Assembly: GCF_001598795.1 (NCBI RefSeq)
Contig: NZ_BCZP01000002.1
Coordinates: 30,001-62,000 of the forward strand
DNA: 32,000 bases
From: Delftia acidovorans NBRC 14950
GTDB lineage: Bacteria > Pseudomonadota > Gammaproteobacteria > Burkholderiales > Burkholderiaceae_C
Reading direction: 5' to 3'
Shown here: in pieces, positions 22,545-30,712 of the stretch
Layout: each line of letters opens with the position of its first letter
Position numbering within the stretch: the stretch's first letter is position 1
The notes under the pieces: model-generated
Told to the model about the DNA's origin: nothing
The model's input: only the letters and a program-made list of their open reading frames with translations
Database searches by the model: none
Position numbers and translations under genes: made by a program

Positions 22545-23671
22545 GCGGCTTGCAGCAGTCCGGCCCGGACTGCGGGGAGGGAAGAGGGCGCTGGGGTGGA
22601 CGTGGATGTGGACTCATCGGCACGGCGCCAGCCCAGGGCCGGGGCCACATGGGCGGCCGTCAGTTCGATGGAGCGCAGGATGGCGGCGTGCGGCGGGTCG
22701 ATGGAATGCACCTGGAAGACGATGTCGCTCACGCGCGCCAGCGCCGTGTCGGAGCGCAGCGAGGCGATGACCTCGTCGGGCGTGCCCACATGCACGTCGT
22801 AGGCGGCGATGAGATCGGCCAGCGGCGCCTGCGGATCGACACGGGCCGCCCACTGCGAGGGCTGGGCCGCATGGCGCAGGGCCACGCGGCGCAGGCCGGC
22901 CTCGGCCCAGCGCAGCGCCTCGTCTCGGCGGTCGGCCACGAACAGCGTGCGCGAGCCCAGGATGCGCGGCGCCCGCCCTGCGGGCAGGCGGGCGAGGTAG
23001 GCGTCGATGATGGGGTTCTGGATCTCGGACAGCGTGGCCTGCGGCGCGCCTTCGGGCCGTGGCTGGGTGCGCGACAGCATCAGGCCGTCGCCGTTGGCAC
23101 CGGCCCGCGCGCCGCCCTCGGCCGAGAACGTGGCCTGCCAGACGCGCTCCAGCAGCTGCGGCGCGGCCGGGTACAGGTGCACGCCGCCGGCCAGCGCACG
23201 CCCGGCCCAGGCGTCCTGCAGCACGCCGAAGTTGCGTGCGAAGACTGCGCCGCGCTCGGCGCCCTGCACGCCAAAGGCCTCGAAGGATTCGGCCGTGCCG
23301 CCCGTGCCCAGGCCCACCTCCAGGCGGCCGCCGGTCAGCAGGTCCAGCACGGCCGCGTCCTCGGCCACGCGCAGCGCGTTTTCCAGCGGCAGCGTGATCA
23401 CGCCCGTTCCGATGCGGATGCGCCGCGTGCGCGCCGCCACATGGGCGAGAAAGACGAAGGGCGAGGGCAGGCCGCCCTCGCTTTCATGGAAATGGTGCTG
23501 GGCTACCCAGGCCGAGTCGAAGCCCTGGGCCTCGGCATGGGCGATCTGCTCGGCCACCAGGCGGTAGCGCTCGCCGGCCGGCGCGTCGTCGAGCAGGCGG
23601 CTGAAGAAGCCCAGGCGTGGGCCGTTGCGGGAGCCGTGGCCACGGTTGGTATCAGGCGGGGTGAGGGACAA
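22541..23671 (-). CDS. luciferase-like (LLM class) flavin-dependent monooxygenase
   Basis: ...RLGFFSRLLDD...AEQIAHAEAQGFDSAWVAQHHFHESEGGLPSPFVFLAHVAARTRRIRIGTGVITLPLENALRVAEDAAVLDLLTGGRLEVGLGTG is the typical LLM TIM-barrel N-terminus. The proposed TTG start (complement of 23669-23671) lies 8 nt after AAGGAG and overlaps the ATPase 3' end by 20 nt. No in-frame ATG or GTG lies nearby, so the start is uncertain. Confidence 0.8.
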   Translation of the reverse strand: MSLTPPDTNRGHGSRNGPRLGFFSRLLDDAPAGERYRLVAEQIAHAEAQGFDSAWVAQHHFHESEGGLPSPFVFLAHVAARTRRIRIGTGVITLPLENALRVAEDAAVLDLLTGGRLEVGLGTGGTAESFEAFGVQGAERGAVFARNFGVLQDAWAGRALAGGVHLYPAAPQLLERVWQATFSAEGGARAGANGDGLMLSRTQPRPEGAPQATLSEIQNPIIDAYLARLPAGRAPRILGSRTLFVADRRDEALRWAEAGLRRVALRHAAQPSQWAARVDPQAPLADLIAAYDVHVGTPDEVIASLRSDTALARVSDIVFQVHSIDPPHAAILRSIELTAAHVAPALGWRRADESTSTSTPAPSSLPAVRAGLLQAA

Positions 23672-25343
23672 AATCAATGCTCCTTTTGCCGGGAATGGCG
23701 TCCATGAGTTCGCGCGTGTAGTCGCTGGTGGGGCGCTGGAACACTTCCTCCACGCTGCCCGCGTCCACCACCCGGCCCGCGCGCAGCACCGACACCGTGT
23801 CGGCAATCTGGCGCACCACGGCAAGGTCGTGCGAGATGAAGAGATAGGTCAGCCCCAGGTCCTGCTGCAGCTGGGCGAGCAGGGCGAGGATCTGCGCCTG
23901 CACCGTCACGTCCAGGGCCGATACGGCCTCGTCCAGCACCAGCACCTGCGGCTGCAGCACCAGGGCGCGCGCAATCGCCACGCGCTGGCGCTGGCCGCCC
24001 GACAGCGCATGCGGGCGCCGCTGCAGCACGCCGGCCGGCAGGCCCACGCGCTCCAGCATGTCGTGCACGCGCTGGCGGCGCTCATCGGCCGGCAGCGGGT
24101 CGAAGTTCAGCAGGGGCTCCTCGATGATGTCGAACACGCTCTGGCGCGGGTCCAGCGAGCTGAACGGGTTCTGGTAGACCAGCTGCACGCGGCGGCGCAG
24201 CTGGCGCAGGGCCTCGCCGCGCAGGCCCGTGACCTCGGTGCCTTCGATGCGGATGCGGCCCGCCGTGGGCCGGCCCAGGCCCACGATGGCGCGGATGGTG
24301 GTGGTCTTGCCCGAGCCCGACTCGCCCACGATGGCATGCGTGCTGCCCCGGCGCACGCGCAGCGACACGCCGTCCACGGCGCGGAAGATGCCGCGCCCGT
24401 GGGCCGAGGCATGGCCGGGGGCCGCGAACTCGTGCACCAGGTCCTCGACCTCGATGGCCCAGTCATCGGCCGTGGCGTGCCTGGGCGTGCGGCGCGGCGC
24501 GGGCGCCAGCGAAGGCGCATCGGCCAGCAGCCGCCGCGTGTAGGCGCTTTGCGGATTGCGCAGCAGCTCCAGCGTGGGGCCCTGCTCCTGGATGCGGCCG
24601 CCCTGCATGACGACCAGGCGGTGCGAACGGTCGGCCGCCACGCCCAGGTCATGCGTGACCAGCAGCACGGCCGTGCCGGTCTCGCGGCGCAGCGCGTCGA
24701 TCAGGTCCAGGATGCGCCGCTGCACGGTCACGTCCAGCGCGCTGGTGGGCTCGTCGGCAATGATGAGGGCGGGCCGCAGCGCAATCGCAATGGCGATCAG
24801 CACGCGCTGGCGCATGCCGCCCGACAGTTCGTGCGGATACTGGCGTGCGCGCAGCGCGGGCTGGGACAGGCCCACGCGCGCCAGCAGCTCCAGCACGCGC
24901 GCCTCCACGGCCGTGCGGTCGCGCAGTCCGTGGATGCGCAGGATCTCGCCCACCTGGTCGCCCACCGTGCGCACGGGGTTCAGCGACATGGTGGGGTCCT
25001 GCGGCACCAGGCTGACCACGCGGCCGCGGATGGCGTTCCAGCGTGCGGCCGGCCAGCCCGAGACCTCGGTGCCCTGCAGGCGGATGCTGCCGTGCTCGCG
25101 GTGGCCGTTGTCAGCCAAAAGGCCGATCACGGCCTGGGCCGTGGTGGTCTTGCCCGAGCCCGATTCGCCGACCAGGGCCACCACCTCGCCCGGCGCCACG
25201 GAAAACGACACGCCGTGCACCACGCGCTGCGCCTGGCCTGCGGCATCGCGGTAGGCCACGGCCAGGTCCTGCACTTCGAGCACGGGGGCGGTCGTTGCCA
25301 CCGCTGGTGCGGCGTGGATGCGTTCCTCGATGGCGGCGCTCAT
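23652..25343 (-). CDS. fused double ABC ATPase (DppD-DppF type) of peptide/opine/nickel importer
   Basis: 563 aa with two complete cassettes: Walker A GESGSGKTT twice, signatures LSGGMRQRV and LSGGQRQRV, Walker B IIADEPTSALD and LVLDEAVSALD. Its ATG overlaps the permease stop as ATGA (25340-25343). Confidence 0.9.
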   Translation of the reverse strand: MSAAIEERIHAAPAVATTAPVLEVQDLAVAYRDAAGQAQRVVHGVSFSVAPGEVVALVGESGSGKTTTAQAVIGLLADNGHREHGSIRLQGTEVSGWPAARWNAIRGRVVSLVPQDPTMSLNPVRTVGDQVGEILRIHGLRDRTAVEARVLELLARVGLSQPALRARQYPHELSGGMRQRVLIAIAIALRPALIIADEPTSALDVTVQRRILDLIDALRRETGTAVLLVTHDLGVAADRSHRLVVMQGGRIQEQGPTLELLRNPQSAYTRRLLADAPSLAPAPRRTPRHATADDWAIEVEDLVHEFAAPGHASAHGRGIFRAVDGVSLRVRRGSTHAIVGESGSGKTTTIRAIVGLGRPTAGRIRIEGTEVTGLRGEALRQLRRRVQLVYQNPFSSLDPRQSVFDIIEEPLLNFDPLPADERRQRVHDMLERVGLPAGVLQRRPHALSGGQRQRVAIARALVLQPQVLVLDEAVSALDVTVQAQILALLAQLQQDLGLTYLFISHDLAVVRQIADTVSVLRAGRVVDAGSVEEVFQRPTSDYTRELMDAIPGKRSIDFVPHPA

Positions 25344-26296
25344 GCAGGCCTCCGTGCGAAGGCCGTGGCGATGCGGTTGGCCGCCAGCACCACGGCCACC
25401 ACGATCAGGCCCGGCGCCGTGGTCAGCCACCAGGCGGTGGCGATGTAGTTGCGGCCCTCGGCGATCAGCAGCCCCCATTCGGGCGTGGGCGGCGGTGCGC
25501 CGTAGCCCAGAAAACCCAGGGTGGAAATCGCAAGGATCGCCGAGCCGAACTGCAGCGCCGCCATGGCGATGACCGACGTCAGCGAGTTGGGCAGCACATG
25601 GCGCCACAGCACGGCGGCAAAGCGCCCGCCGCTGCCAAAGGCGGCCTCCACATAGTCGGAGCGGCGCACGCGCACCACCTCCGAGCGCACCAGGCGCGCG
25701 AAGCTGGCCACCGAGACCACGCCCACGGCAATGGCCGCGTTGATGGTGCCAAAGCCCAGCACGATGATGATGGTCAGCGACAGCAGCAGCGAAGGCACGG
25801 CCAGCAGCACATCGACCAGGCGCATCAGCGCATCTTCCGTGCGCCCGCCCGTGGCCCCGGCCAGCAGGCCGATCAGCGTGCCCACGGCCAGGCCCACGCC
25901 CACGGCCACGAAGGCGCCCGACAGCGAATGCACGGCGCCATGCACCACGCGCGCCCACAGGTCGCGCCCCAGCGCGTCCGTGCCCAGCCAGTGCGCGGCG
26001 CTGGGCGCCAGCAGCTGCTGGCCGGCCTGGCCCGAGATCGGGTTCTGGTGGGCGAACCAGCCGGGCGCCAGCGCCCACAGCGCGGCCACGGCAATCACCA
26101 GCCAGGCCAGGGCCAGCGTGGGCGGCAGGCGTTTCAGGGATTGCAGGCGGGCCGGCAAGGCGAAGCTGCGGCGCGGGGCGGCTGGCGCAGGGGCCAGGGA
26201 CGACGCTGGCAGCGCCATGGGAATGGGAGTAGGAGTGGCGGGCGCGGCCTGGGCATCCAGGGCCGGGGAAAGAGCGCTTGAGACGGCAGTGTTCAT
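25340..26296 (-). CDS. ABC transporter permease (DppC/OppC-like)
   Basis: 318 aa. It has a ~55-aa Ala/Pro-rich N-terminal extension followed by the TM core (...LGTDALGRDLWARVVHG...). Its ATG overlaps the upstream stop as ATGA (26293-26296). Confidence 0.88.
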   Translation of the reverse strand: MNTAVSSALSPALDAQAAPATPTPIPMALPASSLAPAPAAPRRSFALPARLQSLKRLPPTLALAWLVIAVAALWALAPGWFAHQNPISGQAGQQLLAPSAAHWLGTDALGRDLWARVVHGAVHSLSGAFVAVGVGLAVGTLIGLLAGATGGRTEDALMRLVDVLLAVPSLLLSLTIIIVLGFGTINAAIAVGVVSVASFARLVRSEVVRVRRSDYVEAAFGSGGRFAAVLWRHVLPNSLTSVIAMAALQFGSAILAISTLGFLGYGAPPPTPEWGLLIAEGRNYIATAWWLTTAPGLIVVAVVLAANRIATAFARRPA

Positions 26297-27240
26297 GGCC
26301 GGTTCTCCACGGAATGGCGCAGGCGCGGATCAAGCAGCGGGTACAGCAGATCCACGGCGAGGTTGATGAGTACGAAGGCGGCGGCCGAGACGACCACCAC
26401 GGCCTGGAGCACGGCCGTGTCCTGGTTGCCCACGGCCTGCTGGGTCAGCGTGCCCAGGCCATTGAGGCCGAACACGGCCTCCGTCACCACGGCGCCGGCC
26501 AGCAGCTCGCCGAACAGCACGCCGGCAATGGTCAGCGTGGGCAGCAGCGCATTGCGTGCCACATGGCGCAGCAGCACCCAGCGGCGCGAGGCGCCCTTGG
26601 CCCGCGCCACGGCCACGAAGGGCTGGGCCAGCACGGCGTCGATATTGCGCAGCAGCACCTGGGCCAGCGGCGCCGAGATCGGCACGGCCAGGGTCAGCGT
26701 GGGCAGCACCAGTCCTTCCCAGGGGCCGGGATTGATCACGGCGATCCAGCCCAGGCGGAACGACACCACCTGGATCAGCATGATCCCCAGCCAGAACACG
26801 GGCACCGAGACAAAGACCGAGGGCAGCGAATACAGCGCGTTGCGCAGCCAGGCAAAGGGCGCCAGGCTGGCAGCCGCCGCCAGCGCCACGGCCAGCAGCG
26901 CGGCTGCGGTAAAGCCCAGGGCCGCGAGCTTGAGCGTGGGCGGCAGGCTGGTGGCCAGGCCCTGGCTCACCGGCACGCCGGCCTGCAGCGAATAGCCGAA
27001 ATGGCCCGTGAGGAACTGGCCCAGCGTGTGCAGGTACTGCTGCCACACGGGCTGGTCCGAGCCGTAGGCGGCGCGGATGTCGGCAATCTCCTGCGGGCCC
27101 AGGCCCAGCTCGGGGTTCAGGAACTTGATCAGCACGGCATCGCCCGGCAGCAGCTGCAGCAGGATGAACGAGACCGTGAAGGCCGCCCACAGCACCAGGG
27201 CGGCCTGGGCGATGCGGCTGAGCAGATAGCGGCGCGGCAT
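26293..27240 (-). CDS. ABC transporter permease (DppB/OppB-like)
   Basis: 315 aa, MPRRYLLSRIAQAALVLWAAFTVSFILLQLLPGD... is the canonical DppB N-terminus. Confidence 0.9.
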   Translation of the reverse strand: MPRRYLLSRIAQAALVLWAAFTVSFILLQLLPGDAVLIKFLNPELGLGPQEIADIRAAYGSDQPVWQQYLHTLGQFLTGHFGYSLQAGVPVSQGLATSLPPTLKLAALGFTAAALLAVALAAAASLAPFAWLRNALYSLPSVFVSVPVFWLGIMLIQVVSFRLGWIAVINPGPWEGLVLPTLTLAVPISAPLAQVLLRNIDAVLAQPFVAVARAKGASRRWVLLRHVARNALLPTLTIAGVLFGELLAGAVVTEAVFGLNGLGTLTQQAVGNQDTAVLQAVVVVSAAAFVLINLAVDLLYPLLDPRLRHSVENRP

Positions 27241-27268
27241 GGGAGTGGTTCCTCAGGGAGCGATCCGG

Positions 27269-28942
27269 TCAGCGCTTGGCCAGCCAGGTGCTGTAGAAGC
27301 TGGGCCGGCCCACGGCCTCGAAGCCCACGTCGCGCACCCAGCCCGCGCCCGCAAAGGCCTGGGGTTCCTCGAAGATGGGGATCACATAGGCCTGGTCGAT
27401 CAGGTAGTTCTGCACCTCGCCGGCCAGCGCCAGGCGCCTGGCGGCATCGGTCTCGGCCGCGATGGCGTCGAACAGGCCGTTGAGCTTGGTGTCCTCGAAG
27501 GACTTGACCTTCTGGCTCACGCCGCCCTTTTGCAGCAGCACGTTGCGGTTGGTCGGGTAGTAGTTGCTCTTGATCACGTCGGGATCGGCGCGGCCCACCA
27601 TGCCGGGCAGCACGCCGGTCTTGTCGGGGTCCAGCGTGTCCACGGCGCGGCTGCCCGCGTCGCCCGACAGCACGTTCAGCTTGACGCCGATGCGCGCCCA
27701 CTGCTGGGCCACGAGCTGCAGCGTCTCCTTGTTCTGCGGCTGAGGCAGGGACTCGTAGGTGGACAGAACGAAATCGCGGCCGTCCTTCTGGCGCAGGCCG
27801 TTGGCGCCCAGCGTCCAGCCGGCCTCGTCCAGCAGCTGTTTCGCCTTGGCCTCGTCATAGGCCAGCTTGGCCGACAGGTCCACGAAGCCGGCCGCCGTGG
27901 AGGCAATCACCGAGCGCGCCTGCGGATAGCGCGGCGAGAACAGCGTATCCACGATCTCCTTGGCATTGGTGCCGTGCAGCAGGGCCTGGCGCACCTTGAG
28001 ATCGGCCACCAGGGCGTTGTCCGGGCGGATGGCCACGCTGTTGTTCACGCCGCGCGTGGGCGGGGCGTAGATGCTGAACTTCTGGTCCTCGACGCGCTTT
28101 TCGTCATAGGCCTGGATCTGGCGGATCAGCCCGGCCTGCCCGGCCAGCAGCGCGCCGATGCGCACGCTGTCCTCGGGGGTGACGATGAACTTCACCTCGT
28201 CCAGCCGCGCGCGGCCCTGGTGGGCCAGCTTGGCGGGACCCCAGGCATAGTCCTTGCGCACCTTGAGCACCAGCTCCTTGCCCAGCGTCTCGCTGGCCAC
28301 CACGAAGGGGCCGGAGCCGATGATGCGCGTGGCGTCGCCCAGCTCCTCGAAGGGGCGGTCCAGCGTGGCCGGCGAGACCAGGCCCGAGCCGATCACCGAA
28401 GTGCCCTGCAGAAAGCCCGGCGAAGGCTTTCTGAAGAAGAACTTCACCGTCAGCGGGTCGACCACCTCGCTGCGCTCGTAGTTGTTGATCACCTCGGACA
28501 CGGGCTGCTTGAGCGCCTTGTTGCCCAGGCCATAGGTGTCGAAGTTGCGCGCCACGGCCGCCGCGTCCAGCGGTGTGCCATCGGAGAAGGTGACGCCGGG
28601 CCGCAGCTTGAAACTGTATTCGGTGGCGTCGGCATTCACGGTCCAGGACTCGGCGATCCAGGGCTGGATCTCCAGCGTCTTCGGGTCCTGGTAGGTCAGC
28701 TTGTCTGTGATCTGGTTGAGCACGCCGCCATTGGGATAGAAGCCCCCGGCCGGCGGATAGAGGTTGGTATGGGCCTGCTGCTCCAGGTAGACCAGGGTGC
28801 CGCCTTCCACGGGGCCAGCAGCCGCGCCCGCCTGGGCCGTATCGGCCTGCTTGGAGCACGCCGCCAGCAGCAGGCTGCTGCCCGCCAATACCGCTATCGC
28901 GGCCTTCCATGCCACCTGAGCCGCCTTCGATTGGGAAAACAC
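27269..28942 (-). CDS. ABC transporter substrate-binding lipoprotein, family 5 (peptide/opine/nickel type)
   Basis: 557 aa. The signal peptide carries a lipobox (LLLAAC). The family-5 SBP core reads ...GTLVYLEQQAHTNLYP...WIAESWTVNADATEYSFKLRPGVTFSDGTPL.... It is the first gene of the operon. Confidence 0.9.
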   Translation of the reverse strand: MFSQSKAAQVAWKAAIAVLAGSSLLLAACSKQADTAQAGAAAGPVEGGTLVYLEQQAHTNLYPPAGGFYPNGGVLNQITDKLTYQDPKTLEIQPWIAESWTVNADATEYSFKLRPGVTFSDGTPLDAAAVARNFDTYGLGNKALKQPVSEVINNYERSEVVDPLTVKFFFRKPSPGFLQGTSVIGSGLVSPATLDRPFEELGDATRIIGSGPFVVASETLGKELVLKVRKDYAWGPAKLAHQGRARLDEVKFIVTPEDSVRIGALLAGQAGLIRQIQAYDEKRVEDQKFSIYAPPTRGVNNSVAIRPDNALVADLKVRQALLHGTNAKEIVDTLFSPRYPQARSVIASTAAGFVDLSAKLAYDEAKAKQLLDEAGWTLGANGLRQKDGRDFVLSTYESLPQPQNKETLQLVAQQWARIGVKLNVLSGDAGSRAVDTLDPDKTGVLPGMVGRADPDVIKSNYYPTNRNVLLQKGGVSQKVKSFEDTKLNGLFDAIAAETDAARRLALAGEVQNYLIDQAYVIPIFEEPQAFAGAGWVRDVGFEAVGRPSFYSTWLAKR

Positions 28943-29194
28943 GTTCGTACCTCGCCGCCGCTGGGGCGCTGAAAAACAAGACTGCCGGCCACAGGACCGG
29001 CTCCATGTTTTTCATGCTATCGATGCCAAATATTTGCGCTCATATATCGAGTTGCATCGTTATTTGGAAAACGACTAAGGGATGGGAGCCCCTGCATATC
29101 TGCCCAGTGCATAAGCGCAGACGGATTCGTTTGTTTGCCGCGCATGCGGCGGTCCCAACAATGGGCTGGTACTTCCTTCACCGAAAGCCCGTCC

Positions 29195-29746
29195 ATGAGC
29201 CATCTCAACGAATACCTCGCCGAAAAGCGCGCCGCCGTGCTCGCCCGCAGCGCCGCCGTCGCGGCCGGCACGGCCCAGCCCGCCCACCTCAAGGCCCATG
29301 TGCGCGCCGAGGGCCGCAGCGGCGTGCGCCGCCTGCGCATCCGCGAGCACCAGGTCATCAGCGACAGCCCGCCCGACTTCGCGGGCTACAACCTCGGCCC
29401 CAGCTCGCCCGAGCTGCAGCTGGGCGTGCTGGGCACCTGCGTGACCCACATCTTTCTGATCCAGGCGGCCGAGCGCCAGGTGCCCGTGGAGAGCCTGGAG
29501 GTCGAGGTCACGGGCATCATCGACCCGCGCGGCGGCAAGCCCGGCCACGAGGCCACGCCCATCTGGCCGCATGAGATCGGCTACACCGTGCACATCGACT
29601 CGCCCGCCAGCCGCGCCGAGATCGATGCGCTGTTCGAGGCCGTGGAGCGCACCTGCCCCATCCTCAACCTGCTGCGCAATCCGCAGAACATCCGCGCCGA
29701 AGTGCGCCACACCGACTCCAGCGCCGCCGCGCGCCTGGCAGCCTGA
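29195..29746 (+). CDS. OsmC/Ohr-family peroxiredoxin-like protein
   Basis: 183 aa. OsmC-fold motifs include two conserved-position cysteines (LGTCVTHIF and VERTCPILN). The start at ATG 29195 was chosen by homology-like length, and its SD is weak. The ORF is open from 29135. Confidence 0.7.
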   Translation: MSHLNEYLAEKRAAVLARSAAVAAGTAQPAHLKAHVRAEGRSGVRRLRIREHQVISDSPPDFAGYNLGPSSPELQLGVLGTCVTHIFLIQAAERQVPVESLEVEVTGIIDPRGGKPGHEATPIWPHEIGYTVHIDSPASRAEIDALFEAVERTCPILNLLRNPQNIRAEVRHTDSSAAARLAA

Positions 29747-29771
29747 ACACCGTGCGGAAAGCACCCCTGCC

Positions 29772-30596
29772 ATGACCCTGCCACTCGACCACATCGTCAT
29801 CGCGGTCCAGGAACTGGAACGCACCATTGCCGACTACACCGCGCTGGGCTTCAACGTGCTGCGTGGCGGCGAGCATCCGGGCCGCTCCACGCACAACGCC
29901 CTGGTGGTGTTTGCCGACGGCGCCTATTTCGAACTCATCGCCTGGCGCGCACCCGCGCCCGAGGAACGCTGGTGGCAGCAGCTGCAGCGCCATGGTGAGG
30001 GCATTGTCGATTTCGCGCTGCTGCCCACCGAGACCGGCGCCGTGGTTGCCGCCGCCCAGGCGCGCGGCCTGGACTACGAGGCGCCCTACGAAGGCGGCCG
30101 CCTGCGCCCCGACGGCGCGCAGCTGCGCTGGCGCAATGCACGCGCCCGCAGCCAGGACCTGCCCTTTCTCTGCGGCGACCTCACGCCGCGCGCCCTGCGC
30201 GTGCCCGAGGGCGATGCACGCGTGCACCCCAACGGCGCCACCGGCGTGGCCCGGCTGCACGTGGCCGTGCATGACCTGCGCGCCAGCCTGGCACGCTGGC
30301 GCGCGCTGCTGGGTGAGGGCGCCGACATTGGCGAGGCCCGGCTGTCGGACGACGGCAGCGCCTACCGCGCATCGCTGAGGCTGGGCGCCACTGCGCTGGT
30401 GCTGGCTGCGCCCGCCCAGGGCGTTGCCACGGGCGCCCTGGGCCACCGTCTGGCCACGCGCGGTGAAGGCCCTTATGCCATCGAGCTGGAGGTACGCCAG
30501 CCCGCGTCTGCGCTGGCGCTGGACGAGACCGCCACGCATGGCGCGCGCATCGTGCTGGCCCAGGTTTCCCCGGCCAGGGAAACCGCCGCCGCCTAG
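29772..30596 (+). CDS. VOC (glyoxalase/bleomycin-resistance/dioxygenase-fold) family protein, glyoxalase-like domain
   Basis: 274 aa, MTLPLDHIVIAVQELERTIADYTALGFNVLRGGEHPGRSTHNALVVFADGAYFELIAW.... The N-terminus is typical of glyoxalase-like-domain proteins. The track ORF start at 29571 overlaps the OsmC gene. Confidence 0.75.
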   Translation: MTLPLDHIVIAVQELERTIADYTALGFNVLRGGEHPGRSTHNALVVFADGAYFELIAWRAPAPEERWWQQLQRHGEGIVDFALLPTETGAVVAAAQARGLDYEAPYEGGRLRPDGAQLRWRNARARSQDLPFLCGDLTPRALRVPEGDARVHPNGATGVARLHVAVHDLRASLARWRALLGEGADIGEARLSDDGSAYRASLRLGATALVLAAPAQGVATGALGHRLATRGEGPYAIELEVRQPASALALDETATHGARIVLAQVSPARETAAA

Positions 30597-30712
30597 GCGA
30601 AATGCGTGGGCGCTAGAATGGCGCCCCGCTGACACCCATGCCCACCCCGGTGGGCGTTTTCGTTGCAGCCGCGGCCTCCCTTGAGGGGCGCCGCGGCGCG
30701 GCGCTGCTTGCC

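Noticed and set aside
21853-22650. N-terminal 266 residues of the 461-aa track ORF 21265-22650(-).
   Set aside because: This is an off-frame read-through across the CMD-domain gene, with Pro/Arg-rich low-complexity sequence. The homologous AhpD-like sequence begins at the ATG at 21852, which is ATGA-coupled to the upstream gene.
25344-26333. N-terminal ~330 residues of the 893-aa track ORF 23652-26333(-).
   Set aside because: This is an off-frame overlap with the DppC-like permease gene. The ATPase homology starts at MSAAIEERIH (25343).
30640-30660. GCCCACC-CC-GGTGGGC followed by GTTTT, considered as a terminator after the VOC gene.
   Set aside because: The 2-nt loop makes the full stem sterically impossible and the T-tract is short. 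It also lies within the alternative N-terminal extension of the YegD-like ORF. The evidence is too weak to list as a feature.
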